A stretch of DNA of 64,000 nt from contig OZ244905.1 of NCBI GenBank assembly GCA_965221695.1, forward strand, positions 1,600,001 to 1,664,000. Direction: 5' to 3'. The translations under genes and the position numbers were made by a program. Positions within the stretch are counted from its first letter, which is position 1. Every line of letters begins with the position of its first letter. The notes under the pieces were generated by a model. The model saw nothing but the letters and a program-made list of their open reading frames with translations, searched no databases and was not told the origin of the DNA. Below are positions 19,432 through 29,199 of this stretch, piece by piece. This DNA comes from Gammaproteobacteria bacterium. GTDB taxonomy: Bacteria > Pseudomonadota > Gammaproteobacteria > Eutrophobiales > Eutrophobiaceae.

Positions 19432-20253
19432 TCAATGCTCTCTGATCCAGTCGATCACCCTGTTCGCCCACGGGCCTTCCGGCTTACCGCAGGCCAGGTT
19501 GGCCTGTAAGTGGTCGCAATCTTCCAGCTCCAGGGTCGCGGTCTCGCCGCCTGCGTCCCGCAGGGCTTGTTCCATCTTCTGCGCCTGCGTGATCAGGTGA
19601 GGGAAGTCTCTGCTGCCCCAGGACAGGAAGAATGGGGGCGGTGTGCCCTGGATATTGCAGATAGGGCTGGCCGTTTCTTCGTTGCCCTCCGTGCCCAGGA
19701 AGCGGGGACGCATGGACAGGCCTGAGCCGGGACGAAAGTCAAATACACCGGAGACGGGTAGGCAGCCGCGCACGACATGCGCGGGCAGCCCATAGTCTTC
19801 CTGCCAGTCTTTGCGCACGGCCATCAGGCTGGTCTGGTGGCCACCGGCGGAGTGGCCGGCGATGAACAGGCGAGTCCGGTCGCCGCTGAGCTTGTCAATG
19901 TTTTCGTAAACCCACCTCAACCCGCTCATACAGTCATCCAATCCCGCCGGGAAGACGTGAGTCGGGGCCAGGCGGTAACCGATGCTGACGAAACCAATGC
20001 CGGCCCGGGTGAGCGCCGGCGCCATGAACGCCATCCACTCCTTATAGCCGCTGGTCCAACCGCCGCCATGGACCATGATGAATACGTTACCATCCGGGTC
20101 CGGCGCCGGGAAGTAGAGCGCGCTCTGATAGGGGTCCGGACCGAAACTGTCTTCAGCGCCGCCGATTTCCGCTGCTTTTTCCAGGACGTAGCGGTTGTAT
20201 TCCTTCGCAAAGTCGGATATGGGTTCCTGTGGAGGGTATTCTTCTGGTTTCAT
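19432..20253 (-). CDS. alpha/beta hydrolase (arylformamidase/HSL-like)
   Basis: HGGGW oxyanion motif, GHSAG nucleophile, C-terminal DH. Confidence 0.88.
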   Translation of the reverse strand: MKPEEYPPQEPISDFAKEYNRYVLEKAAEIGGAEDSFGPDPYQSALYFPAPDPDGNVFIMVHGGGWTSGYKEWMAFMAPALTRAGIGFVSIGYRLAPTHVFPAGLDDCMSGLRWVYENIDKLSGDRTRLFIAGHSAGGHQTSLMAVRKDWQEDYGLPAHVVRGCLPVSGVFDFRPGSGLSMRPRFLGTEGNEETASPICNIQGTPPPFFLSWGSRDFPHLITQAQKMEQALRDAGGETATLELEDCDHLQANLACGKPEGPWANRVIDWIREH

Positions 20254-20502
20254 AATGCTGTCACCTGCCGGGGCAATTTGACGTGGGTTTAACCCGGTAT
20301 TATTCAGTAGAACCAGGTCGCGTCAAGTTTGTTTTTTATTTTCGCATAGATTCCCCTGGCCGCAGTCCTGCAACCAGGTTTTACCCAGATCAATGCCTGC
20401 CACCGTGATGGTCGCTAACCTGTATGTGCGCGCAGAGAGATTTTTTGTAACCAAAGCGGCATTCAGGGATAATGGCGCGGCATAATAGTAATCGGAGGGG
20501 CC

Positions 20503-21684
20503 ATGGAAACAAACACACAATCCCTTGAGTTCCGTCGGGAGCTGGAATCTCGCCAGTTTCTGGCAGCGGTGATCGTTCTCGGACTATTGGGCATTGCTTC
20601 GTTCCTGGTATTACCCTCCCTGGTTCTTGGCTTTGTCACGGACCTCGGTTTTACCGAACTTGAGATAAGCAGAATATCCACATTCCAACTGGTGGGGCTT
20701 GGTCTGGGGTCGATCGCCAGTATTTTCCTTCTGCACTACCTGCACTGGCGGAATTTGTCACGCTGTGGCCTGGCGCTGCTTCTGGCCGCTGATCTTGCCT
20801 GTTCGCTGACCGCAGATTTCTCATCGTTGTTGTTGCTGCGCTTTATTTCCGGGTTTGCCGGCGGCGTATGTGTTTCCTTTGCAGTATATGCCTTGGGGCT
20901 GACTGCCAATACCGACAGGAATTTTGGTTGGTTCATGACCATACAAGTGGGTTTTGCCATCGTCGCCAGTTTTTCGTTTCCGTCAGTACTGGATATGACG
21001 GGCATGAAGGGTATCTTTCTGATTCTGTGCCTGTTGGAACTGTTGGGCTTTATTCTCGTCTCCTGTTTTATGCCCGCTCTGCGCCGGGAAAGCGCAGCCC
21101 GAGCGCAAGGCAACGATCGGTTTCGCTGGACAATGTGCGGCCTGGTGATGTTTGGTCTGCTCTTCTTTTTCACTGCTCTAGGCGCATTCTGGACTTATAT
21201 CTCGCCTATTAGCCTTGATGCGGGTCTGAGTAAGCAACAGACCGGTATTGTAGTGAGCATGGCCTTGTTCGGGGGGTTGCTGGGAGCCTATGCCGCCACC
21301 GCGTTAAATATAAGGATCGGCCGGGTACTGCCGCTGGCTCTGGCTCTGGCTCTGCAACTGTTGGCGTTGCTTCTACTATACCAGGGTTTGGACTACGCAT
21401 TATTCTGCGTCGTCAGCGCGTTGTACGGCTTTGGCTGGTACATGTACGTCCCCTATCAGTTCGCGCTACTGGCTGATTTTGATCGGGACGGTAGACCCAT
21501 GCTGCTGCTGAATACTGTTGCCGGGCTGGGCTCCGGCCTGGGACCGGCTATCGGCGCGTTCCTGCTGGTGGACGGTTACTCCTTGCTCTATCTGTTCTGC
21601 GCCCTGATGCTTGGGGTGTCGCTGGCCTGGCACTTGAGCGCCATCGGCATAGCCCGGAACAGAAATCTGTCTTCGGCGCCTTGA
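20503..21684 (+). CDS. MFS transporter
   Basis: About 12 TM helices, LLRFISGFAGG motif. Confidence 0.88.
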   Translation: METNTQSLEFRRELESRQFLAAVIVLGLLGIASFLVLPSLVLGFVTDLGFTELEISRISTFQLVGLGLGSIASIFLLHYLHWRNLSRCGLALLLAADLACSLTADFSSLLLLRFISGFAGGVCVSFAVYALGLTANTDRNFGWFMTIQVGFAIVASFSFPSVLDMTGMKGIFLILCLLELLGFILVSCFMPALRRESAARAQGNDRFRWTMCGLVMFGLLFFFTALGAFWTYISPISLDAGLSKQQTGIVVSMALFGGLLGAYAATALNIRIGRVLPLALALALQLLALLLLYQGLDYALFCVVSALYGFGWYMYVPYQFALLADFDRDGRPMLLLNTVAGLGSGLGPAIGAFLLVDGYSLLYLFCALMLGVSLAWHLSAIGIARNRNLSSAP

Positions 21685-21697
21685 AGCCTGTGGACTC

Positions 21698-23080
21698 ATG
21701 AAACATATCACAGAACCTTCCGCAAGCGCTTGGCTGGCCCGGCTCAGGAAGGGCGATATCTCTTCGCTGGAACTGGTCAAACAGACCCTCTCCAGGATTA
21801 ACGAGGCCAACCCGAGGTTGAACGCGGTAGTGGCCGAAGACCCTGAAACCAGTATCAAGCAGGCGCTTGCTGCGGACGCACAACGCGCTAATGGAACGGA
21901 ACTGCCATTGCTTGGCCTGCCGATCACCGTAAAGGACTCCATAGATGTCGCCGGTTTTCCCTGTACCGGGGGATCATTCGCGCGCGCAGAGTTCAGTCCG
22001 TCGCAGGATTCCTCTGTGGCATCGCGTTTGCGCGCGGCGGGGGCGATCGTGATTGCAAAGACCAATGTGCCTGAATATTCCTCTTCCTACGAGACAGATA
22101 ACGCCATTTTCGGTTGCTGCAACAATCCCTTCGATATACAACGCACCCCGGGCGGGTCGACCGGCGGTGAAGGTGCGTTGCTGGGCGCGGATGCTTCAGT
22201 TGCCGGCATTGGCTTGGACGGGGGCGGCTCTATTCGCGTGCCCAGCCATTACTGCGGCATTTACGGTATCAGGCCAACGACTGGGCGCGTGCCGGATACC
22301 GGGACTTGGCCGGAAACCCGCGACACTGGTTATCGCGACCTGATGTGCGTGGGGCCTATGGCCCGTTACGCCGAAGACCTTGCCCTGTTATTACCGATTA
22401 TCTCTGGTCCGGACTGGATAGATCCTTACGCAACGCCAGTGCCTCTGCTCTCGCCTGACAAGGTGACTCTCAATGGGTTGCGCGTCGGTTTTTTCACCTA
22501 TGATGGGGTTGCCAGGGTAAGCCCGGAAACTGAACAAGCTGTCACGCGCGCGGCGCGGGCCATGGAGCAGGCGGGGTGCGAGGTCAAGGAAGCAGCCATG
22601 CCGGATGTGTCCGATGCGACCGATATTTTCTTTTCCTTGGCCGGGGCGGATGGCGGCCTGCGCACCCTGAAAGACCTCGAAGGAGCGGATGGTCGTCACC
22701 ACGCGCAGTTCAAGACCCTGTTGGACGGTTTCGGGAAATCGATGAGCCTGCCGGACTTTTTTGACCTGCAAGGACGTTTTTTTGCGTTTCGAGCGCGCTT
22801 GCGCCGGTTTATGGCCGACTACGACCTGATCATCGCGCCGGTCACCACCGGCCCGGCGCCGCGTCACATGGAAACCCCTTATGGGATACCGCAAGACGAG
22901 TATTTTCTTTATCGGGCGTTCAACTACACCCATATCTTTGCCTTGACGGGGGCGCCGGTCGCCGTTGCTCCTATGGGCGCCCAGGACGGGCTGCCGTTGG
23001 GCGTGCAATTGGCCGCGCAGCCCTTCCGGGAAGATGTGGCGCTAGCCGCGGCCGCGTATTTGCAGGCATATTCAAGTTAA
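21698..23080 (+). CDS. amidase signature family protein
   Basis: GLPITVKD, GGSTGG, DGGGSIRVPS. Confidence 0.95.
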   Translation: MKHITEPSASAWLARLRKGDISSLELVKQTLSRINEANPRLNAVVAEDPETSIKQALAADAQRANGTELPLLGLPITVKDSIDVAGFPCTGGSFARAEFSPSQDSSVASRLRAAGAIVIAKTNVPEYSSSYETDNAIFGCCNNPFDIQRTPGGSTGGEGALLGADASVAGIGLDGGGSIRVPSHYCGIYGIRPTTGRVPDTGTWPETRDTGYRDLMCVGPMARYAEDLALLLPIISGPDWIDPYATPVPLLSPDKVTLNGLRVGFFTYDGVARVSPETEQAVTRAARAMEQAGCEVKEAAMPDVSDATDIFFSLAGADGGLRTLKDLEGADGRHHAQFKTLLDGFGKSMSLPDFFDLQGRFFAFRARLRRFMADYDLIIAPVTTGPAPRHMETPYGIPQDEYFLYRAFNYTHIFALTGAPVAVAPMGAQDGLPLGVQLAAQPFREDVALAAAAYLQAYSS

Positions 23081-23193
23081 TCGCGTTTTCCTCCACGACT
23101 ACAGGGGTGTGGGGTAGCGCAAAACCGGCAAACTTCAGAATATTGTGCTATAAATCTTTGTTACATTGAAAGAATACCGGGGAGAAGATAACT

Positions 23194-25626
23194 ATGCGTA
23201 TGTTGAATCCTAATGTTCTGAACCGTATTTTTCTGCTTTTCCATATTATCCTGATGTCCGCAATCGCATTTTTGCCTACGCTTGCCAATGCCGCTTTGCT
23301 TGAAGAGGTAGTGGTCACTGCGCAAAAGCGCGAACAGTCCGTATACGATGTAGGCATTTCGATCACCGCTTTCACCGGCGAACAGATTGACCGGCTCGGC
23401 TATACAGATTCCACCAAGGTGGCGGCGCTGGCCGCTTCCGTCGATGTCTCCGCGGGCGGTGGCGGACAGAACCAGCAGTTTGTCATACGCGGCGCGTCCC
23501 TGAATGAATTCAATGAAATTGCCGAGGGAACAACAGCCATTTACATTGATGAAGGTTATATCGCCAACATCGGCGCCGGTATTTTTTCCCTGTTCGACAT
23601 TGAGCGGGTAGAAATCCTCAGAGGCCCTCAGGGCACATTGTTCGGCCGTAATGCGACAGCCGGTCTGGTGCATTATGTCTCCCGCGCCCCGACCGATGAA
23701 GTCGAGGGTTATGCCGACGTAACCTACGGCAGTTACGACCAGGTGAATTTCCAGGGCGCCGTCAGCGGGCCGCTGGGAGAGGGACTATCTGCACGGGCTT
23801 CAATCTATTACAACCGTCACGACGGGATCTACAATAATATTTATCCTGACACCGGACCGCTTTCGGCCCCGGCCGTGGGCGGCGCGCCGCCGGGCGGCGG
23901 CAAGGACCACTGGAATGACGACACCATCGCCGGTCGCCTGAAACTCCGGTTTGAACCCAATGAGCACACCACCATTGACCTGATGGCACACGGACATCGC
24001 ACTGAACAGGGAGAGAATCCTTACCAGGAGATTTCCACCATCGCGGTGTGTGACGATCAAGGGCGGATTGTGGAAACATTGATCGCGGCCCCAGACGAGA
24101 CCCGTATCGCCATCGGTTCCGGCGGCGCGAATGTCAACGGCAACTGTCAGCCCACCACAGACACCAGGCCCGTGCCGGGAGGCGACTTCTTCGGTTTTAT
24201 AGACCCTGACGGCGATGGGCTGGATGTCTCCAAGGACTGGGCTTACGATGATAAGGCAGTATTCGAGTTTTACGGCTTCAACGGCAAGCTGACCTGGGAT
24301 GCAGGCAATAACATGACACTGACTGCCATCAGCGACTATAAGAAGTTCGATCGCATTCAAACCACGGATGTCGACGCCGGGCCGACCAATCAACTGGTTT
24401 ACGAGCAGATCACCGATCAGTGGCAATTCAGCCAGGAACTGCGACTGAACGGCGAGACCGAACGCACACGCTGGGTGGCAGGACTGTATTACCTGAACGT
24501 GAATACGGATTTCACCGCCGGCTTCCTGATCCCGCCGGGTTCGCTGTTTATCCCGTTCGGTTCTGCCTTCGGCATTCCTGATGGCCTGCCCTACGACGCT
24601 CCGAACGATGAGAAACTGAAAACGGATTCCTACTCGGTTTTCGGACAATTCGAATACGACCTTACCAACGCTTTGACGTTCACGATTGGCGCGCGTGTGA
24701 TCCAGGAGGAAAAAGATTTCCGCCTGCGCGCATTGGCCAGCGTCAGCGACGATTTAACACGTCATGACCTTGACGATCCCAGGTTCTTTTTCCCCACCAG
24801 CATGGAGGACCCAAGCGGCGCGCCTTATCTCGAGGATACCAGCGACACCTTGTGGGCCGGCAAGCTGCAACTGGACTGGAAACCCAATGATGACTGGTTG
24901 TTATATGCCAGCGTCAACCGCGGAGTGAAAGCCGGCACGTTCCAGGCGCCGCTGCCGTTGACGGGACCGCCATTGCCTGCCGACGACATCGGTTATGACG
25001 AAGAGGAACTGCTGGCTTTTGAAGGAGGCTTCAAGGCAGCGTTTATGGGCGGCAGGGCCAGAGTGTCAGGCGCAGTCTATTATTATGACTACGACGGCTA
25101 TCACAATTTCTCGTTTGTCGGCGTATCCAGCGTAGTGACCAACCAGGAAGCGACCAACTTCGGCGGCGAGATCGATATCGCGATTAATCCGTTTGACGGC
25201 TTCGACTTGATCATGGGATTGGGCGCTTTTGATTTTACAGTGAAAGATGTTGCTTTTCCGGGCGGGATCGTAGGCGATCGCGACCCAACTTATTCGCCTG
25301 ATCTCACCTGGAGCGGGCTGGCGCGCTATGAATGGCCCGTGGCTAATGGCGCCATGGCTGTGCAGATGGATGCCAACTATCGATCAGACTTCTACACCAA
25401 TGTGAACAACTTTGCAGCAAACGCAATCGACGACTCTATCGAGGGCAATGCCAATGTTTCCTACACCGCGAATGGCGGAAAGTGGAGCCTCACCTTCTTT
25501 GTCAATAACATTGCCAACGCCAGGAACGAAACTATCAAGTTCGATCTAGCCACCTTGTGCGGATGCAACGAAGTGGCTTACATTAAACCGCGCTGGTTCG
25601 GAGGGAGCCTTAGATATAATTTTTGA
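23194..25626 (+). CDS. TonB-dependent receptor
   Basis: LEEVVVTAQKREQS TonB box, VEILRGPQGTLFGRNAT, C-terminal PRWFG...YNF. Confidence 0.95.
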   Translation: MRMLNPNVLNRIFLLFHIILMSAIAFLPTLANAALLEEVVVTAQKREQSVYDVGISITAFTGEQIDRLGYTDSTKVAALAASVDVSAGGGGQNQQFVIRGASLNEFNEIAEGTTAIYIDEGYIANIGAGIFSLFDIERVEILRGPQGTLFGRNATAGLVHYVSRAPTDEVEGYADVTYGSYDQVNFQGAVSGPLGEGLSARASIYYNRHDGIYNNIYPDTGPLSAPAVGGAPPGGGKDHWNDDTIAGRLKLRFEPNEHTTIDLMAHGHRTEQGENPYQEISTIAVCDDQGRIVETLIAAPDETRIAIGSGGANVNGNCQPTTDTRPVPGGDFFGFIDPDGDGLDVSKDWAYDDKAVFEFYGFNGKLTWDAGNNMTLTAISDYKKFDRIQTTDVDAGPTNQLVYEQITDQWQFSQELRLNGETERTRWVAGLYYLNVNTDFTAGFLIPPGSLFIPFGSAFGIPDGLPYDAPNDEKLKTDSYSVFGQFEYDLTNALTFTIGARVIQEEKDFRLRALASVSDDLTRHDLDDPRFFFPTSMEDPSGAPYLEDTSDTLWAGKLQLDWKPNDDWLLYASVNRGVKAGTFQAPLPLTGPPLPADDIGYDEEELLAFEGGFKAAFMGGRARVSGAVYYYDYDGYHNFSFVGVSSVVTNQEATNFGGEIDIAINPFDGFDLIMGLGAFDFTVKDVAFPGGIVGDRDPTYSPDLTWSGLARYEWPVANGAMAVQMDANYRSDFYTNVNNFAANAIDDSIEGNANVSYTANGGKWSLTFFVNNIANARNETIKFDLATLCGCNEVAYIKPRWFGGSLRYNF

Positions 25627-25641
25627 GGAGACTTGATCCAA

Positions 25642-27765
25642 TCAACGTATCGTGATGGGCGGTTTCAGACTTGCCGGAATATATTCCGGGTCGTGGGCGC
25701 GCTTGATGACGTAGGCGTGGATGGCGTCGGTTTCGGCTTTTTGCAGATACCCGACAAAGCCGGGCATGCCTTTATCCAAGCGAACGCCACCTAAGACGAT
25801 GGCATCCCATAATGCATGGGTGGCCGTGTCCATGTAGCGCAAATCCGGTAGCACACCGGCGCTGATGCCGGCATCGCCGTGGCAACGGGCGCAATACTGG
25901 TGATAGAGCAGTTTGCCCAGGTTAACGGTCTCTGCATCGGCTGTATGCGCCGGGGGTGGCGGCGGTTCGGGCAGGGGCGGTAGCGGCGGCAACACATCCG
26001 CGCCATCCAGCGTGTAGGCTACGATCCGGTTCAACGCACGCACGCCGGCCCACTTGGCGACGATGCCCGATTGAATGCCGAAGGCCGTCCCATAACCGGC
26101 CATGACCGCCACGTATTGTTTGTTGCCCACTTGGTAACTGACTGGTCCGGCCAGCACTGCAGTCTGCGCATCGTGCGCCCAGAGCCGTTCACCCGTGTCG
26201 GCGGCATAGGCGATGAACTCGCCGTGAGATGTGCCCTGGAACACGAGGTTGCCAGCCGTCGCCAGCACGCCGCCGTTCCAGGCAATCGGGTACTCCACGG
26301 TCCAACGCGCCTGCTGTTTCAGGGGGTCCCAGGCCAGCAGATAACCCTTGAGCTGTTCGTATACCTCCTTCTGGATAGCCGGGTCTTCCGGCATGGAAGC
26401 GATCACAGGGTCAAGACCCGTGTTCGCCGCGACCTGGCTGAATTTGAATTGCTCCACTTCCTTGTACACCCAGGGCAGGTCCTGGGCCGGAATGTAAACC
26501 AATCCGACGCCAGGATGGTAGGCCATGGGGTGCCAGTTATGGCCGCCGGGCGCAGCCGGTGAACTCATGAACTCGCCCTCCTGATAACGAGCATTGTGCG
26601 TTTCAACAGGACGGCCGGTGCGCATGTCTATGCGCGCAGCCCAGGTTACCTCGACGAAAGGTTCCGCCGAGAGAAGCTCGCCGTTAATGCGGTCAATGAT
26701 ATAAAAGAAACCGTTTTTCGGCGCTTGCATCAGTACTTTGCGCAATTCGCCGTCAATTTTCAGATCCGCCAGCATGATGTGCTGGGTGGCGGTGAAATCC
26801 CAGGTGTCGCCGGGCGCGGTCTGGTAGTGCCAGATGTATGCGCCGGTATCCGCATCAAGGGCGACGATAGATGCAAGGAACAGGTTGTCGCCACCGCCAG
26901 GACTGCGCACGCGCCGGTTCCAAGGCGTGCCGTTGCCCACGCCCAGGTACACCAGGTTCAGTTCCGGATCATAGCTGATGGCGTCCCAAACGGTACCGCC
27001 GCCACCGTATTTCCACCACTCACCAGTCCAGGTCTCGGCCGCCCGCTCCAGGATGGGATTTTCAAAAGGCAATGCCGGGTCGCCGGGCACCGTATAAAAC
27101 CGCCATACCACCTCTCCGGTGGCAGCGTCATAGGCAGTAACGAACCCTCTGGCGTCAAACTCGGCGCCACCGTTGCCGATAATTACCTTGCCGTTGACAA
27201 TACGCGGCGCGCCGGTAATGGTATAACGCCGATCGCCCGGAGTGGTCTGCGCTGACCAGACTTCCGCGCCATTCATGGCATCCAGCGCGATCAGCCTGCC
27301 ATCCAGTGTCCCCACGTATACCAGATTGCGCCACAACGCGACACCCCGATTCACCACATCGCAACAGACATCGATGCCTTTTTGCGGCGGGACCTGCGGG
27401 TCGTATTCCCATAGCAGCTCGCCGCTACCGGCATCCACGGCATAGACCCGGCTCCACGTGCCAGTGGTATACATGCGCCCATCCGCGACCAGCGGCGTTG
27501 CTTCCAGCCCGCGCTTGCTGGGCAGGTCCAGATGCCAAGCCAGCTTCAATGTTCCCACATTGCGGTCGTTGATCTGAGTAAGCGGGCTGAACCGCTGTTC
27601 GTTCCAGGTACGGCCATGGTTCAACCAATTGCGGGGTTCCGCCTCGGCATTCACCAGGCGCTTGTCACTGACCATTGTGACGTTTGGCGGCGCTTCGACG
27701 CGATCACAGGCGTAAAGCAACAGGGATGATACGGCGATAACAGGCAATAAAATATAAACGCGCAT
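25642..27765 (-). CDS. PQQ-dependent quinohemoprotein alcohol dehydrogenase (type II)
   Basis: CCDVVNRG, WDFTATQ, GGHNWHPM, C-terminal heme motif CARCH. Confidence 0.93.
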   Translation of the reverse strand: MRVYILLPVIAVSSLLLYACDRVEAPPNVTMVSDKRLVNAEAEPRNWLNHGRTWNEQRFSPLTQINDRNVGTLKLAWHLDLPSKRGLEATPLVADGRMYTTGTWSRVYAVDAGSGELLWEYDPQVPPQKGIDVCCDVVNRGVALWRNLVYVGTLDGRLIALDAMNGAEVWSAQTTPGDRRYTITGAPRIVNGKVIIGNGGAEFDARGFVTAYDAATGEVVWRFYTVPGDPALPFENPILERAAETWTGEWWKYGGGGTVWDAISYDPELNLVYLGVGNGTPWNRRVRSPGGGDNLFLASIVALDADTGAYIWHYQTAPGDTWDFTATQHIMLADLKIDGELRKVLMQAPKNGFFYIIDRINGELLSAEPFVEVTWAARIDMRTGRPVETHNARYQEGEFMSSPAAPGGHNWHPMAYHPGVGLVYIPAQDLPWVYKEVEQFKFSQVAANTGLDPVIASMPEDPAIQKEVYEQLKGYLLAWDPLKQQARWTVEYPIAWNGGVLATAGNLVFQGTSHGEFIAYAADTGERLWAHDAQTAVLAGPVSYQVGNKQYVAVMAGYGTAFGIQSGIVAKWAGVRALNRIVAYTLDGADVLPPLPPLPEPPPPPAHTADAETVNLGKLLYHQYCARCHGDAGISAGVLPDLRYMDTATHALWDAIVLGGVRLDKGMPGFVGYLQKAETDAIHAYVIKRAHDPEYIPASLKPPITIR

Positions 27766-27769
27766 AACG

Positions 27770-29131
27770 TTATTTATAGCTTAGGGAATCTCTGAGATTG
27801 AGGCCGGCAGCCCGCCTCAAATCCTCGGCGCGCAACTGGGCCTGGTGAATGATCTCCTGTTCATCCATGGTGAGCAGTTTTTTATCCCTGACAACGACCT
27901 CGCCACCTACCAGGACCGTTTCCACATCGGCGGCGCGGGCTGAATAGACCAGGGTCGCAAACGGATCGTGTATAGGCCGCAGGTGGCTTGCCATGGTGTC
28001 GACAATGGTAATGTCCGCCAGCTTGCCGGGGCTGAGACTGCCGATCCGATCCGCCATACCGCAGGCTTTGGCGCCTTCTATGGTGGCCATGGCAAATACG
28101 TCCCGAGCAGTCAACGACGTGGGATCGCGCGTGCTGACTTTTTGCAGCAATGCCGCATCCTTCATTACCTCGAACATATCCTGAGTGTTGTTGCAGGCCG
28201 GGCCGTCACAGGCCAATCCGACGGTGACCCCGGCCCGCCGCAGCTTTAATACCGGGGCATTGCCGGAGGCGAGGATCATGTTTGAGGTGGGATCGTGCGC
28301 CACATGTGCGCCATGGGCGGCAATGGCCTCGATCTCGGAATCGGCCAGATAGATACAGTGATTGAGCATGACTCTCTCATTCAACACACCTGCGTCAGCC
28401 AGGAATTCCACATTGCGTTTTCCGGTGCGCGCCAGCATCAGGTCGTTGTACTCCGGCGTTTCCGCGGTATGCAGGTGGACCCCCACACCGGCATCCCGCA
28501 ATGCGCAGGTGTCCGCCCAATATTCATCGGTAGCGGTCCAGGGCACCAGTGGGCCTACTCCTATGCCGATCCGGTCATGGGCGCGCCAACGCTGCAACAG
28601 CGTCTTGCTGCGGGCATCTATCTCGCCGGTAGTCTCGATAAAGCCCGGCGCAAACTCCTCATCGCTGGAACAACGGAACAGCAGGGCGCGTATCCCCGTT
28701 TCGTCCAAGGCCGCGGCGGCCAGAGCATCGGCGCCGTCGGTATAACGGGAGGAAAAGAATATCTCGCATACGGTGGTATTGCCGGCTTTGAGGTTCTCAA
28801 TGGCGCCCAGGGTAACGGCCAGCGCATAGTCCTCGGAGTCCATCTGCGCCATGAACGGCAGTTGCGCTTCGGACAGCCATTGTAGCAGGGCGCGGTCCGA
28901 GCCCAGCGAACGGCCCAGGGTCATGCACAGGTGGGTATGGGCATTAACGAAGCCGGGAATCACCAGCTTGTCTTGAGCGTCAATGATCGCGGCGCCAGCC
29001 ACATCCGGGCCAGCGCCTGTTTCGACGGCTGTGATTATGCCGTCATCTATCCTGATATAACCCTCGGTAAGCAGAGGTTGCGCAGGGTCGGCGGTGAGCA
29101 GAACTCCACCTCGAATGATCGTGCTCTTCAT
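27770..29131 (-). CDS. metal-dependent amidohydrolase (MtaD/AtzA-like deaminase/hydrolase)
   Basis: PGFVNAHTH, HLHTAE, NHC, GLACDG, GKLAD. Confidence 0.92.
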   Translation of the reverse strand: MKSTIIRGGVLLTADPAQPLLTEGYIRIDDGIITAVETGAGPDVAGAAIIDAQDKLVIPGFVNAHTHLCMTLGRSLGSDRALLQWLSEAQLPFMAQMDSEDYALAVTLGAIENLKAGNTTVCEIFFSSRYTDGADALAAAALDETGIRALLFRCSSDEEFAPGFIETTGEIDARSKTLLQRWRAHDRIGIGVGPLVPWTATDEYWADTCALRDAGVGVHLHTAETPEYNDLMLARTGKRNVEFLADAGVLNERVMLNHCIYLADSEIEAIAAHGAHVAHDPTSNMILASGNAPVLKLRRAGVTVGLACDGPACNNTQDMFEVMKDAALLQKVSTRDPTSLTARDVFAMATIEGAKACGMADRIGSLSPGKLADITIVDTMASHLRPIHDPFATLVYSARAADVETVLVGGEVVVRDKKLLTMDEQEIIHQAQLRAEDLRRAAGLNLRDSLSYK

Positions 29132-29199
29132 GAGTTTCGACGCTGGTTATCCTGTAAACAAGGGACAGGCTTGAAACCTGCCCGCGTCAGAATTTCAGC

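Noticed and set aside
25642-27765. Lanthanide-dependent dehydrogenase
   Set aside because: Active-site motif is D-F-T rather than D-x-D, consistent with a Ca-dependent enzyme
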